DNA from: Thermoplasmatota archaeon | Lineage (GTDB): Archaea > Thermoplasmatota > Penumbrarchaeia > Penumbrarchaeales > Penumbrarchaeaceae | Direction of reading: 5' to 3' | Assembly (NCBI GenBank): GCA_965234725.1 | Contig: CBDDUX010000005.1 | Location: 1-20,026, forward strand | Length of the DNA: 20,026 nt | Shown here: positions 6,448-14,592 of the stretch, one piece after another | How positions within the stretch are numbered: the stretch's first letter is position 1 | How the letters are laid out: each line of letters begins with the position of its first letter | Notes under the pieces: model-generated | Seen by the model: the letters and a program-made list of their open reading frames with translations, nothing else | Told to the model about the DNA's origin: nothing | The model's database searches: none | Made by a program: the position numbers and the translations under genes

Positions 6448-8816
6448 CCTGATCTCTGCCTGATGGCATTTACAAGTTTGATCTTTATGATATATCTCCC
6501 TGAGATATATGAAGCTGCCAGAGCAGATATGACGGCTATCATCGCTGTGACAATATATACTCCTGGACCAACCTCGATCACATAATACATCAGGTCCTTA
6601 ACCATATAGGCCATGGCCCATTTTGTTGTTATAACTCCCAAAGGAAGTCCTATTAGAAGACCTCCGACAAGGAGGATCAACGTTTCAGTCATTATCATCC
6701 ACATGACCCTACCAGGTTTTACCCCGATAGCCCTTAAGGAAATGAATTCCATTTCCCGGTCCAGGATGTTCAATACCACCGTTGTTGAAACGAAAAGGAC
6801 CTCGGCGATAACACCAAAAGCAATGAATATCAGGAACATGGAGATCAAACCCTGGAGCATATTCTCCATGCCGTTGATGACATCATCAGTATAGATGAAG
6901 GATGATACGTGGAATTCATCCCTGACCATGGTTTCTATCTGGTCCTTATCCATACCTGCTTTATTCAGGACAATGGAGTTCGCAAATTCTCCCATTCCGA
7001 ATATTGACCAAGCCTGGTCCAGAGTCATCAGGAATGAATCATCCATCAATTCGCCTGTGATCCCTGTCACTTCGGCAGATGAGGTCATATTCCCTATAAC
7101 AAAAACAACAGTGTCACCCACGGTGATCCCAAGGTCTTTTGCAAGTATCGAACCAGCAAGTATTCCCCTCTCTGGTTTGTAGTTACCTTCGATCAGATGG
7201 AATTTCCTTAGACTTGAACCATTCTCGAAAGCCTGTATCCTGGCAAAACTCAATTTATCCCCATCTTCAATAGGGATGTAATCGTCTATTGAGATCTCAG
7301 CATCCGTCCCCCGGTATTCGTTAGATCCGATTACGTTCAGTGCCTGGGATGCAGGTATGGGATCGATAAGGGTAACCTTAAGGTCCCATTTCTCATAGTT
7401 ATCATAGTTCTTCTGCAAGGGTTGGGTAAAACCGAATGTCAATGCCAGACAGGAGAATACCAGTATCAAGGATACTCCGAGTGATATCAGTGTAATTCCA
7501 GTTCTGAGCTTGTGCCTGCTCAGGTTCCTTAGTGGAATACGGGGAAGTATGGGTCTCTTGTACGCGATCAAATTAAAAAGCCTTTCCAAAAGGGGTTTCT
7601 TTGAAAAATCCTGCACAGAATACTGCGAAGTAAGTGCCTCCCTTGGACCGATCCTTATTGCTTTCAGGGAACCAAGGAATGCTCCAAGTGTCGCAATGGA
7701 GATCCCTATTATCGAAAACGCAGCTACATATTCCCAATTCACGTCCGATACCGGATCCACCATGCCGATGAAACTGGCGTATTCTGTGATCGTTAGTTTC
7801 GATATGCCAATACCAAAAGGTATACCTAAAAGGGCACCGGCAGCACCCATAAAGAAACCAAATAGGGAATAATGTATCAGAATGTCCGACATCCTCCCTC
7901 CCAAGGCCCCCATTACGCCGATATACGCTCTCTGTGTAGATATCAGCCGGGTCATTGAATTGTAGATGACCACTGCGGTAACAACAAGTATTATCGTGCC
8001 GAATATCCACCCCATTTGACCCATGGCGCCTGCATCGGTCCTGGAGAACAGATAATCGTTCTCCATCGTGCCCAGAAGTGACGTTGTAATTCGAACTCCC
8101 TTGCCTGTAAGGTAGGTCTCTAATGCTTCCTTCACTTTGCTTGCATCGTGACCATTTTCCACTGTGACAAGTAGCTCATTATAGGTGTCATTGTCAAGTC
8201 CCAATAGGTCATTTGTGATCTCATAGGTTGTGAATAATGGTAGGAGAAGCGAGGGTTCGGGCCATCCTTCATCGCTAACAACGTAGATGTACTCGGGTGA
8301 TGCCACCGATCCGGTTACTGTCAAATTGAAGGTCTTATTGGCATAGATGACCTTCAGAGTATCACCCGGTCCAATGTTGTTTGAATCAGCGAAGATATTT
8401 CCGATCAAAGCCTCCATTTCCAAAGGTCCGGAAATGTAGTCCCCATCAGTAAGCTGATATCCATTGATCAGTGAATATGGTTTCACCGGGTAATATGGTG
8501 ATGAAATCCATTGGGTCTTGAATCTCTTATCTCCTATTGCAACCTGGGTTTCGATGAATGTCCTTCCACTTGCCGTTTTGACACCATCTATATTTTCGAT
8601 CTCGGAAATGTCCAAAGAGGTCATGTTGAAATGTATGTCAATGTCTTCGTAATTTGTCACTTCCAATCTCTTATCGAATGAGTCAAATGCATTCCTGGTC
8701 GCATTTACCAGACCGATTCCGAGGCCTACTGAAAGGGATATAGCAAGGATCATGGAAATGGTCCTCAATTTGTTCCTCATGAGGTCCCTGACTGCCTTCT
8801 TCAGTAGGATGATCAT
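6444..8816 (-). CDS. ABC transporter permease, FtsX/MacB-like (duplicated)
   Basis: Two repeats of TM + large extracellular domain + 3 TM. Motifs QRAYIGVMGALG and REMEFISLRAIG. ATGA overlap with the ATPase gene. Confidence 0.9.
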   Translation of the reverse strand: MIILLKKAVRDLMRNKLRTISMILAISLSVGLGIGLVNATRNAFDSFDKRLEVTNYEDIDIHFNMTSLDISEIENIDGVKTASGRTFIETQVAIGDKRFKTQWISSPYYPVKPYSLINGYQLTDGDYISGPLEMEALIGNIFADSNNIGPGDTLKVIYANKTFNLTVTGSVASPEYIYVVSDEGWPEPSLLLPLFTTYEITNDLLGLDNDTYNELLVTVENGHDASKVKEALETYLTGKGVRITTSLLGTMENDYLFSRTDAGAMGQMGWIFGTIILVVTAVVIYNSMTRLISTQRAYIGVMGALGGRMSDILIHYSLFGFFMGAAGALLGIPFGIGISKLTITEYASFIGMVDPVSDVNWEYVAAFSIIGISIATLGAFLGSLKAIRIGPREALTSQYSVQDFSKKPLLERLFNLIAYKRPILPRIPLRNLSRHKLRTGITLISLGVSLILVFSCLALTFGFTQPLQKNYDNYEKWDLKVTLIDPIPASQALNVIGSNEYRGTDAEISIDDYIPIEDGDKLSFARIQAFENGSSLRKFHLIEGNYKPERGILAGSILAKDLGITVGDTVVFVIGNMTSSAEVTGITGELMDDSFLMTLDQAWSIFGMGEFANSIVLNKAGMDKDQIETMVRDEFHVSSFIYTDDVINGMENMLQGLISMFLIFIAFGVIAEVLFVSTTVVLNILDREMEFISLRAIGVKPGRVMWMIMTETLILLVGGLLIGLPLGVITTKWAMAYMVKDLMYYVIEVGPGVYIVTAMIAVISALAASYISGRYIIKIKLVNAIRQRSG

Positions 8817-9532
8817 TCTTCTTTCACCTTCTTGCTCAAAGGATCATTGAATCTTTGATCGGATATCATTCCATCCATAAGGTGGATCACCCTATCGGCG
8901 ACCTCCGTGATCGAAATATCATGCGAGACCACTATGAACGTGATCCCTTCTTTCTTGTTCAGATCTCTCATCAGATCCGCGATCTTCCTGCCTGTGACCC
9001 AATCCAGGTTACCTGTGGGTTCATCAGCAAGGACTATTCCTGGTCTCTTTACCAGTGCTCTGGCAATAGCGACCCTTTGTTGTTCCCCACCCGAAAGTTG
9101 GGATGGGAACATATTAGCCTTGTCTGGGATGCCCACAAGAGCAAGGGCCTCCTGGCTCCTTTTCATCATATCCTTCCTATCCCTGGCCATTTCCAGAGAA
9201 AGTGCGACATTCTCAACTGCTGTGAGGGAGGGAATGAGGTTGAAGAACTGGAATATCCATCCCACCTTTTCCCTTCTGTATTCGGAGAGTTTCCTTTCAC
9301 TTAAAGATCCAATATCCCTGCCATTTACCTTGATGGTCCCTTCTGAAGGTGAATCGATACCGCCCAAGCAGTTAAGGAGGGTCGTCTTCCCAGAACCGCT
9401 GGGTCCTAGGATCACTAGGAACTCCCCTTTTTTAACATTGAGGGAGATCCCCCTTAATGCTTTAACCTCAACCTCACCTAGTTTGAAGGTTCTCTTGATC
9501 CTATCTATTACCATGATATCATTTTCGTTCAT
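8813..9532 (-). CDS. ABC transporter ATP-binding protein (LolD/MacB-like)
   Basis: Walker A GPSGSGKT, Q-loop IFQFFNL, LSGGEQQR, Walker B VLADEPTGNLD, H-loop VSHD. Confidence 0.95.
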   Translation of the reverse strand: MNENDIMVIDRIKRTFKLGEVEVKALRGISLNVKKGEFLVILGPSGSGKTTLLNCLGGIDSPSEGTIKVNGRDIGSLSERKLSEYRREKVGWIFQFFNLIPSLTAVENVALSLEMARDRKDMMKRSQEALALVGIPDKANMFPSQLSGGEQQRVAIARALVKRPGIVLADEPTGNLDWVTGRKIADLMRDLNKKEGITFIVVSHDISITEVADRVIHLMDGMISDQRFNDPLSKKVKEE

Positions 9533-10116
9533 TTCCCGATCACCTCATCGAATGTCACATAGGTTCTAATCAGCTCATTTTTCAATGCTTCCAGATCAAG
9601 ATTGGAATCGGTCTCTCTCAGGATCGAATAGTATAATGTGATCCCATCGAGGTTTGAGAGCAGGATCAGGGCTTTCATTCTTGGATCCTTCACTCCCATG
9701 TCACGATAAGCCGATTCAACGAATGTGATATATCTCTCCAGGAACTGGATCCAGATATTCAGATCCTTTTTGTTCGTCATTGCTTCGTCGAACATCGACC
9801 AGAAGAATTTCATCAGGGAGGAATCGGCGACCATAAGCTCTATCATGGAGTCAATGAAATGAACCAGGATCTCATCAGGTTTCAATTCCACAGATCTTTC
9901 TTCAATGGACTCCGGTGACATGTGTTCATCTGCCCATTGAAACAAACAATCCCTCCCCAAAGAGTATTTGGAATCGAAATAATGGAAGAGACCTCCCTTT
10001 GAAACCCCAGCCTTTGATATCACGTCATTGAGGGAAACCTTGCTATAACCTCTGGAACTGAACAGTTCGAACGCAGCCCTCATTATCTTATCCTTGGTTT
10101 CCATTTCTGGGGTCAT
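9529..10116 (-). CDS. TetR/AcrR family transcriptional regulator
   Basis: HTH KIMRAAFELFSSRGYSKVSLNDVISKAGVSKGGLFHYFDSK. ATG 10116 (after GAAGGGA) is preferred over 10194. ATGA overlap with the ABC ATPase. Confidence 0.92.
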   Translation of the reverse strand: MTPEMETKDKIMRAAFELFSSRGYSKVSLNDVISKAGVSKGGLFHYFDSKYSLGRDCLFQWADEHMSPESIEERSVELKPDEILVHFIDSMIELMVADSSLMKFFWSMFDEAMTNKKDLNIWIQFLERYITFVESAYRDMGVKDPRMKALILLSNLDGITLYYSILRETDSNLDLEALKNELIRTYVTFDEVIGK

Positions 10117-10133
10117 TAGTTTCCCTTCAATAC

Positions 10134-10155
10134 ACAAACCGACCGGTCGGTCTGT
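10134..10155. promoter_or_regulatory. Probable TetR autoregulatory operator
   Basis: Perfect 14-bp palindrome ACCGACCGGTCGGT (10138-10151), extending to 22 bp with one mismatch. It lies between TATA-like TTTAAAAT (10176-10183, -) and the tetR start. Confidence 0.75.
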
Positions 10156-10251
10156 CATGCGAATACCCAGGTAATATTTTAAAGTTGCTACCATATTGAT
10201 GAGAAATCATTCCTGAAGTTGATCAGGTCAGATGAGAAGATCCAATGATCA

Positions 10252-10692
10252 TTACCTCGATACTCGTCTCACATTACCTGAATGTCCAGGGTATTGATCA
10301 TCGCTTTTCTTTTTTAAGATCGAGGAATCGATCCTTTCAATCAGTTCATCGATCCTTCCTCTTGGAACCTTATACACCTCGATAAGTAACTCTTTTTCTT
10401 TTTTAAGGTCCTCTCTGGATCTGATCTCAAACTCTGCGGTCAGGGATCCTTCGTCGAAGATCTCATTTAGGACTGACTTCTTGATATTCGATGCCAGTCT
10501 GGAGGAATATACCGATCTTATATGGTAAAGGTCCTGGTCCATTTTCCTCTTGAGATGGTTAAGTTCGGCCCTCTTGACCCTCATGGTCTTTTTGAGTTCA
10601 TCGGTCCTTATATCTTCTTCTGGGATCTTATCAAGGACCTCCTCAACCCCAATCGCCTTAATCTCCCTCCAGTAATCTCGTGGAGTATGCAT
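10252..10692 (-). CDS. Hypothetical charged coiled-coil protein
   Basis: 146-aa ORF with ATG start and heptad-like E/K/L-rich helices. TATA-like TTTTATAT at about 10742-10749 on -. No family recognised. Confidence 0.7.
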   Translation of the reverse strand: MHTPRDYWREIKAIGVEEVLDKIPEEDIRTDELKKTMRVKRAELNHLKRKMDQDLYHIRSVYSSRLASNIKKSVLNEIFDEGSLTAEFEIRSREDLKKEKELLIEVYKVPRGRIDELIERIDSSILKKKSDDQYPGHSGNVRRVSR

Positions 10693-10717
10693 CTTTCAAA
10701 CCTCTAGGAAACCATGG

Positions 10718-10733
10718 ACATTGACTTCAATGT
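10718..10733. promoter_or_regulatory. Candidate operator palindrome
   Basis: ACATTGA-CT-TCAATGT lies between the putative TATA box and the start of the 146-aa gene. Confidence 0.3.
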
Positions 10734-10862
10734 TTTTTCAAATATAAAAGACTTTTAAAATTATATTGTGATGATTTGGATGAGATCTTGGACATTTATT
10801 GGGGTACAACGATTATCAGCCACATTTATCCGTTCATTTTAGGAAAAATGTTAATAACTAAA

Positions 10863-10887
10863 ATCGATATCGCATATCGATATCGAT
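10863..10887. promoter_or_regulatory. Probable PadR operator overlapping the start of a likely leaderless transcript
   Basis: ATCGATAT-CGC-ATATCGAT (10863-10881) and overlapping ATCGATATCGAT (10876-10887), just downstream of a BRE/TATA-like AAAAATGTTAATAA. Confidence 0.65.
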
Positions 10888-11188
10888 GTTCGATAAAAAA
10901 TTGATCCTCGGCTTCATGAGAGTGCACATTCTTCACCATGCTTCTGAGGAGAACGGAGTATACGGATCATGGATGCTGGACGAACTAAAGGAACACGGCT
11001 ACGATATCAGTCCTGGAACCCTATATCCTATACTACATGAGATGAAGGAACAGGGTCTTCTTTCAGTGATCGATAAGACCGTTGGAGGGAAGATCCGGAA
11101 AGTGTACAGGACAACCCAGAAGGGAGATAGGACCCTAGAGCAGATGAAAGGATCCATCAGGGAGCTTTCAAAGGAGGTGTTGGATTGA
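10886..11188 (+). CDS. PadR family transcriptional regulator
   Basis: YGSWM..EL..HGYDISPGTLYPILH...G.L...GKIRKVYRTT.KG winged-HTH signature. Confidence 0.93.
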   Translation: MFDKKLILGFMRVHILHHASEENGVYGSWMLDELKEHGYDISPGTLYPILHEMKEQGLLSVIDKTVGGKIRKVYRTTQKGDRTLEQMKGSIRELSKEVLD

Positions 11189-11865
11189 TAGCGTTCAGTA
11201 TGATGGATGTAAAGAAGGTCCTTGGAAAGAACAGAGTACTTAGAGGGATAGATCTGGATATTAGAAAAGGGGAGATACTTTCTCTCGTTGGTCCTTCTGG
11301 TAGTGGCAAATCAACACTTCTTCGGACAATGAACAGATTGATAGAGATCGATTCCGGCACCATACATTTCAATGGAGCCTCAATAAAGGATATGGACCCG
11401 GTCACCCTAAGAAGAAAAGCCGTTCTTGTTCCTCAGGAATCTGTAATGCTTCCCGGAACCGTTATCGAGAATATCAGTTACGGACCAAGACTGGCTGGAT
11501 CATCCGGAAAATGCAATGTGGAAAAATGCCTGACTGATGCAGGTCTGCCAAAGGATTTCGGTGGCAAGGATGCCTCAAAGCTATCAGGAGGGGAGAAAAA
11601 ACGAGTATCACTTGCAAGGGCCCTTGCTTTGAAACCAGAGGTGCTTCTTCTTGACGAACCCACGGTTGGTGTCGATCCAAGGAAGGTCGAAAGGATGGAA
11701 AAGACCATTCTAGGATCCGCATCTTCAAGGTCGCTCACAGTAATTTGGGTGACCCATGATGTTCCTCAAGCTATGAGGGTCTCTGACAGGATCGCCAACC
11801 TTAAGAAGGGTATTGTAAAAGAGGTCAGAAATGCAAATGAGTTCGTATGGAGGGAGGCATATTGA
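11185..11865 (+). CDS. ABC transporter ATP-binding protein (FetA/YbbL-like)
   Basis: GPSGSGKS, LSGGE, LLLDEPT and VTHD. TTG start overlaps the padR stop after a GGAGGTG RBS. Adjacent to a FetB-like permease. Confidence 0.9.
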   Translation: MIAFSMMDVKKVLGKNRVLRGIDLDIRKGEILSLVGPSGSGKSTLLRTMNRLIEIDSGTIHFNGASIKDMDPVTLRRKAVLVPQESVMLPGTVIENISYGPRLAGSSGKCNVEKCLTDAGLPKDFGGKDASKLSGGEKKRVSLARALALKPEVLLLDEPTVGVDPRKVERMEKTILGSASSRSLTVIWVTHDVPQAMRVSDRIANLKKGIVKEVRNANEFVWREAY

Positions 11866-12644
11866 GCGGACTGCCATATACATGGGATGAGGGATTGATC
11901 ATCCTTGGTTTCACACTTGTCCTCTTTGTGATGGTTATCCTGATATCCATTTGGAAGAGAATAGGTATTGCCAAGGAATATGCAATAGCCCTTGCCAGAG
12001 GCAGTATTCAGCTATTCATCACCGCGGTTGTATTATTCTTCCTGTTCGAGTTCGAATGGTGGTATTATCTTATCTGGTTGATCCTGATCGCAATGATTCT
12101 GATGGGAGGTTATACGTCAGCAAAAAGGGCAGGAAGGATGCCCAAGGCATACATGGTCACGACCCCATCCATCTTATTAGGTGGATCGATAATTATTTTG
12201 ATCCTCTGGATCACTGGGGCCATGCCAGCTGAACCTCAGTTCGTCATACCACTTTCAGGAATGGTTTTCGGGAATTCAATGACCATCTGCTCCCTTTCCC
12301 TTAATAGGCTAATAAGGGAGTTCGAAACGAATAAACCTGCCCTGGAAACGATGCTTTCCTTAGGAGCAACCCCTAAGGAAGCAATGGATGAGTTCAGCAG
12401 GATGTCTGTCAAGGCAGCCCTGATACCTAACATAGACTCTCTAAAGACCCTTGGGATTATATTCATCCCCGGTGCTATGGCTGGCCTCCTCATAGCGGGA
12501 ACGAATCCGATCCTCGCCGCAGAGTATCAGATCATAGTTTATCTCATGATCTTAGGAGGTGGGATCATAACCTCTCTCATGGCAGTATATCTGGCAAGGA
12601 GATCGCTATTCACAAAAGCATATCAACTTTCTGAATGGTTGTGA
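11862..12644 (+). CDS. FetB/YbbM (UPF0014) family ABC permease, putative iron export
   Basis: ARGSIQL, PQFVIPLSGMVFGNSM, LSLGAT, AALIP.IDSLKTLG...IPGAMAGLLIAG.NPILAAEYQI. TTG 11862 follows GGAGG and overlaps the ATPase stop; the ORF track starts at 11847. Confidence 0.9.
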   Translation: MSGLPYTWDEGLIILGFTLVLFVMVILISIWKRIGIAKEYAIALARGSIQLFITAVVLFFLFEFEWWYYLIWLILIAMILMGGYTSAKRAGRMPKAYMVTTPSILLGGSIIILILWITGAMPAEPQFVIPLSGMVFGNSMTICSLSLNRLIREFETNKPALETMLSLGATPKEAMDEFSRMSVKAALIPNIDSLKTLGIIFIPGAMAGLLIAGTNPILAAEYQIIVYLMILGGGIITSLMAVYLARRSLFTKAYQLSEWL

Positions 12645-13345
12645 TCCAGGCCTTGGTCAAGTATCCGGATGACCTCTTTCATGATCTCTTTCCTATCCCG
12701 GGAAAGGTAGAACATGTGTCCCCCTCTGAAAGTATGCTTTTCAATAATCCTACCCTCAATGGCCTTGATGGAGATGACAGCATCCTTCGGACAGTAGAAG
12801 ACAACATCTTCCGGGTCTGGCTCGGGCATGTTAAACTGGGCATTATGCATCTCATGGATCGTTCTTGGGTCCACCCTTTCCGGTATCCCCAACAAGTCCT
12901 CTTCCACCGCCATGGGTCCTGCGTCTTCCATATCGAATCGTCTTTTCAAAGAAGGTGCATTGAAACCAGCCAGGATTTTAAGGACCCCTCCGAGACCTTT
13001 AATGCCCCATCTATCATTGATGCCCCAAAAAGGGCTTAAATAGACCGTTTTGATCGATCTATCAAGATAAGTTGCGGTCAAACCTCCAAGTGAAAAACCC
13101 ACGACCACATGTGGTCCAAGATCTGACTGGACATCCTGAACGGGTTGAAGGATGTCCTTGTTGAAATCGGAGATAATGGTTGGAAGCTGCACATAGGTGA
13201 CCGTGTAACCCGCTTCATTGAACCTCTCCATGGTCCATTTTACACCTGGCTGGTCAAGGTTGCCTCCATATCCATGGATGAAGAGCATTTCTTTTGACCC
13301 TCCATCTATCTTGACATTCTTGAATTCAAGAGAGCCCTCTTTCAC
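12623..13345 (-). CDS. Alpha/beta-fold hydrolase
   Basis: FIHGYGG, nucleophile elbow GFSLGG, Asp (KDAVI) and His (GGHM). Confidence 0.85.
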   Translation of the reverse strand: MKEGSLEFKNVKIDGGSKEMLFIHGYGGNLDQPGVKWTMERFNEAGYTVTYVQLPTIISDFNKDILQPVQDVQSDLGPHVVVGFSLGGLTATYLDRSIKTVYLSPFWGINDRWGIKGLGGVLKILAGFNAPSLKRRFDMEDAGPMAVEEDLLGIPERVDPRTIHEMHNAQFNMPEPDPEDVVFYCPKDAVISIKAIEGRIIEKHTFRGGHMFYLSRDRKEIMKEVIRILDQGLDHNHSES

Positions 13346-13442
13346 AAAAGCCGTATCCGGTTCTTCTGATATTGAGATTGTGATACTTACACCAAACCCT
13401 CCATCTGCTGTCCTTTATATCGAATGTGTGCCATAAGGTGTC

Positions 13443-14591
13443 GTGAACCGAATGAATGTCCTGCATTCAACATGGTACGGTACCTTTGTGATCGATGTCA
13501 AAGATGGGTCGCAGGAAGTAATTGATAGTATACTACCAGAGAACGACACTATGTCCATTGCCAAGGATCTTTTTCAGATCACTAACGGAGAGATAATTGA
13601 GAGGGAAAGGAAGCTGGCAAACGAACATGAGATTACCGGTGTCGCAGACCCAAGGCTACTTCCTCTAACATCTAACAAAGTAGTGATACCACCGCGGGAA
13701 CTCAACCTTCCGGATCCTGCCTCCTTGGGTTTCTCGACATCCCTCCTTTCAGAGGCTACGATCCTCCTATCCGGGATGGCAGTAAATGACGGACCGGATG
13801 ATTCTACCATCATGTCCGCGGTAGGTGCCCTTACAGATATTGATTCCTCTTTGAATCTGATCACCGAAAGAATGAGGGAATGGTACTCCAAGTATTGGGA
13901 AGAAGCCTCCCCCCTTCTGGAAGACCTTGATGTCCTAGAAATGATCGGGGAGGATCCAGATCCCACAAGCCTCTTTGCAAGATTGGAGCGAAATGATCTT
14001 CCCCCTCCGAAACCTGATGCTCCCGACCTTCAGGGCATGTCAGCTCTTGCCAGGGCTGCACGGTCCCTATGGAAGTCAAGGGAGAGTATGGAGGCTTATC
14101 TTGAGATTGAGATGGCCCAGGTGGCACCCTGCCTTTCCGAGGTATCTGGACCCTTGATCGGAGCCAGGCTGATTCACAATGCGGGGGGTTTGAGAAGGCT
14201 GGCAAAGCTCCCCTCTTCCACCGTTCAGGTCCTTGGAGCCGAGAAGATGTTCTTCAAGTTCCTCAAGGAGGGAGGAAAACCTCCAAAACATGGTGTCCTT
14301 TTCCAGCATTCCTGGGTACATTCCCTGCCCGTTTCGAAAAGAGGGAAGATGGCAAGGGCACTGGCCAATGCTGCATCCATAGCATCCAGGATCGACTTCT
14401 ACGGATCAGGGGATGCAGGACCTCTTAAAACCAGATTGGAGAAGAGGAGGGAGGAGATATTGAGGTCCGAGGAGAGCAAGAGGGTCGGAGGGGGTAGACA
14501 ACCTCCTTTCAGAGAGGGTTGGTGGTCAGACAAACCCCTTCCAAATAGGAGTAGGGGAAGAAGGACCCATGGAAGGGGCAAGAGGAAATGA
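13443..14591 (+). CDS. nop5: Nop5/Nop56/Nop58 family C/D box RNP protein
   Basis: ERMREWY, APCLSEVSGPLIGARLI..AGGL.RLAKLPSSTVQVLGAEK, PPKHG.LFQH, RGKMARALA...RID, and a basic C-tail. The start may be ATG 13452. Confidence 0.9.
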   Translation: MNRMNVLHSTWYGTFVIDVKDGSQEVIDSILPENDTMSIAKDLFQITNGEIIERERKLANEHEITGVADPRLLPLTSNKVVIPPRELNLPDPASLGFSTSLLSEATILLSGMAVNDGPDDSTIMSAVGALTDIDSSLNLITERMREWYSKYWEEASPLLEDLDVLEMIGEDPDPTSLFARLERNDLPPPKPDAPDLQGMSALARAARSLWKSRESMEAYLEIEMAQVAPCLSEVSGPLIGARLIHNAGGLRRLAKLPSSTVQVLGAEKMFFKFLKEGGKPPKHGVLFQHSWVHSLPVSKRGKMARALANAASIASRIDFYGSGDAGPLKTRLEKRREEILRSEESKRVGGGRQPPFREGWWSDKPLPNRSRGRRTHGRGKRK

Positions 14592-14592
14592 T

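Noticed and set aside
10196-10253. C/D box sRNA candidate (TTGATGA-N10-CTGA-agt-TGATCA..., with a similar pattern on -)
   Set aside because: The terminal D box is missing or degenerate and guide lengths are irregular. GATC/TGA motifs are very common in this genome. It would need a snoscan run or RNA-seq.
13443-14591. TIGR-Tas or IS110 identity for the Nop-domain protein
   Set aside because: It has canonical Nop5 coiled-coil and C-terminal motifs, with no nuclease/recombinase motif seen and no adjacent short-period guide array.
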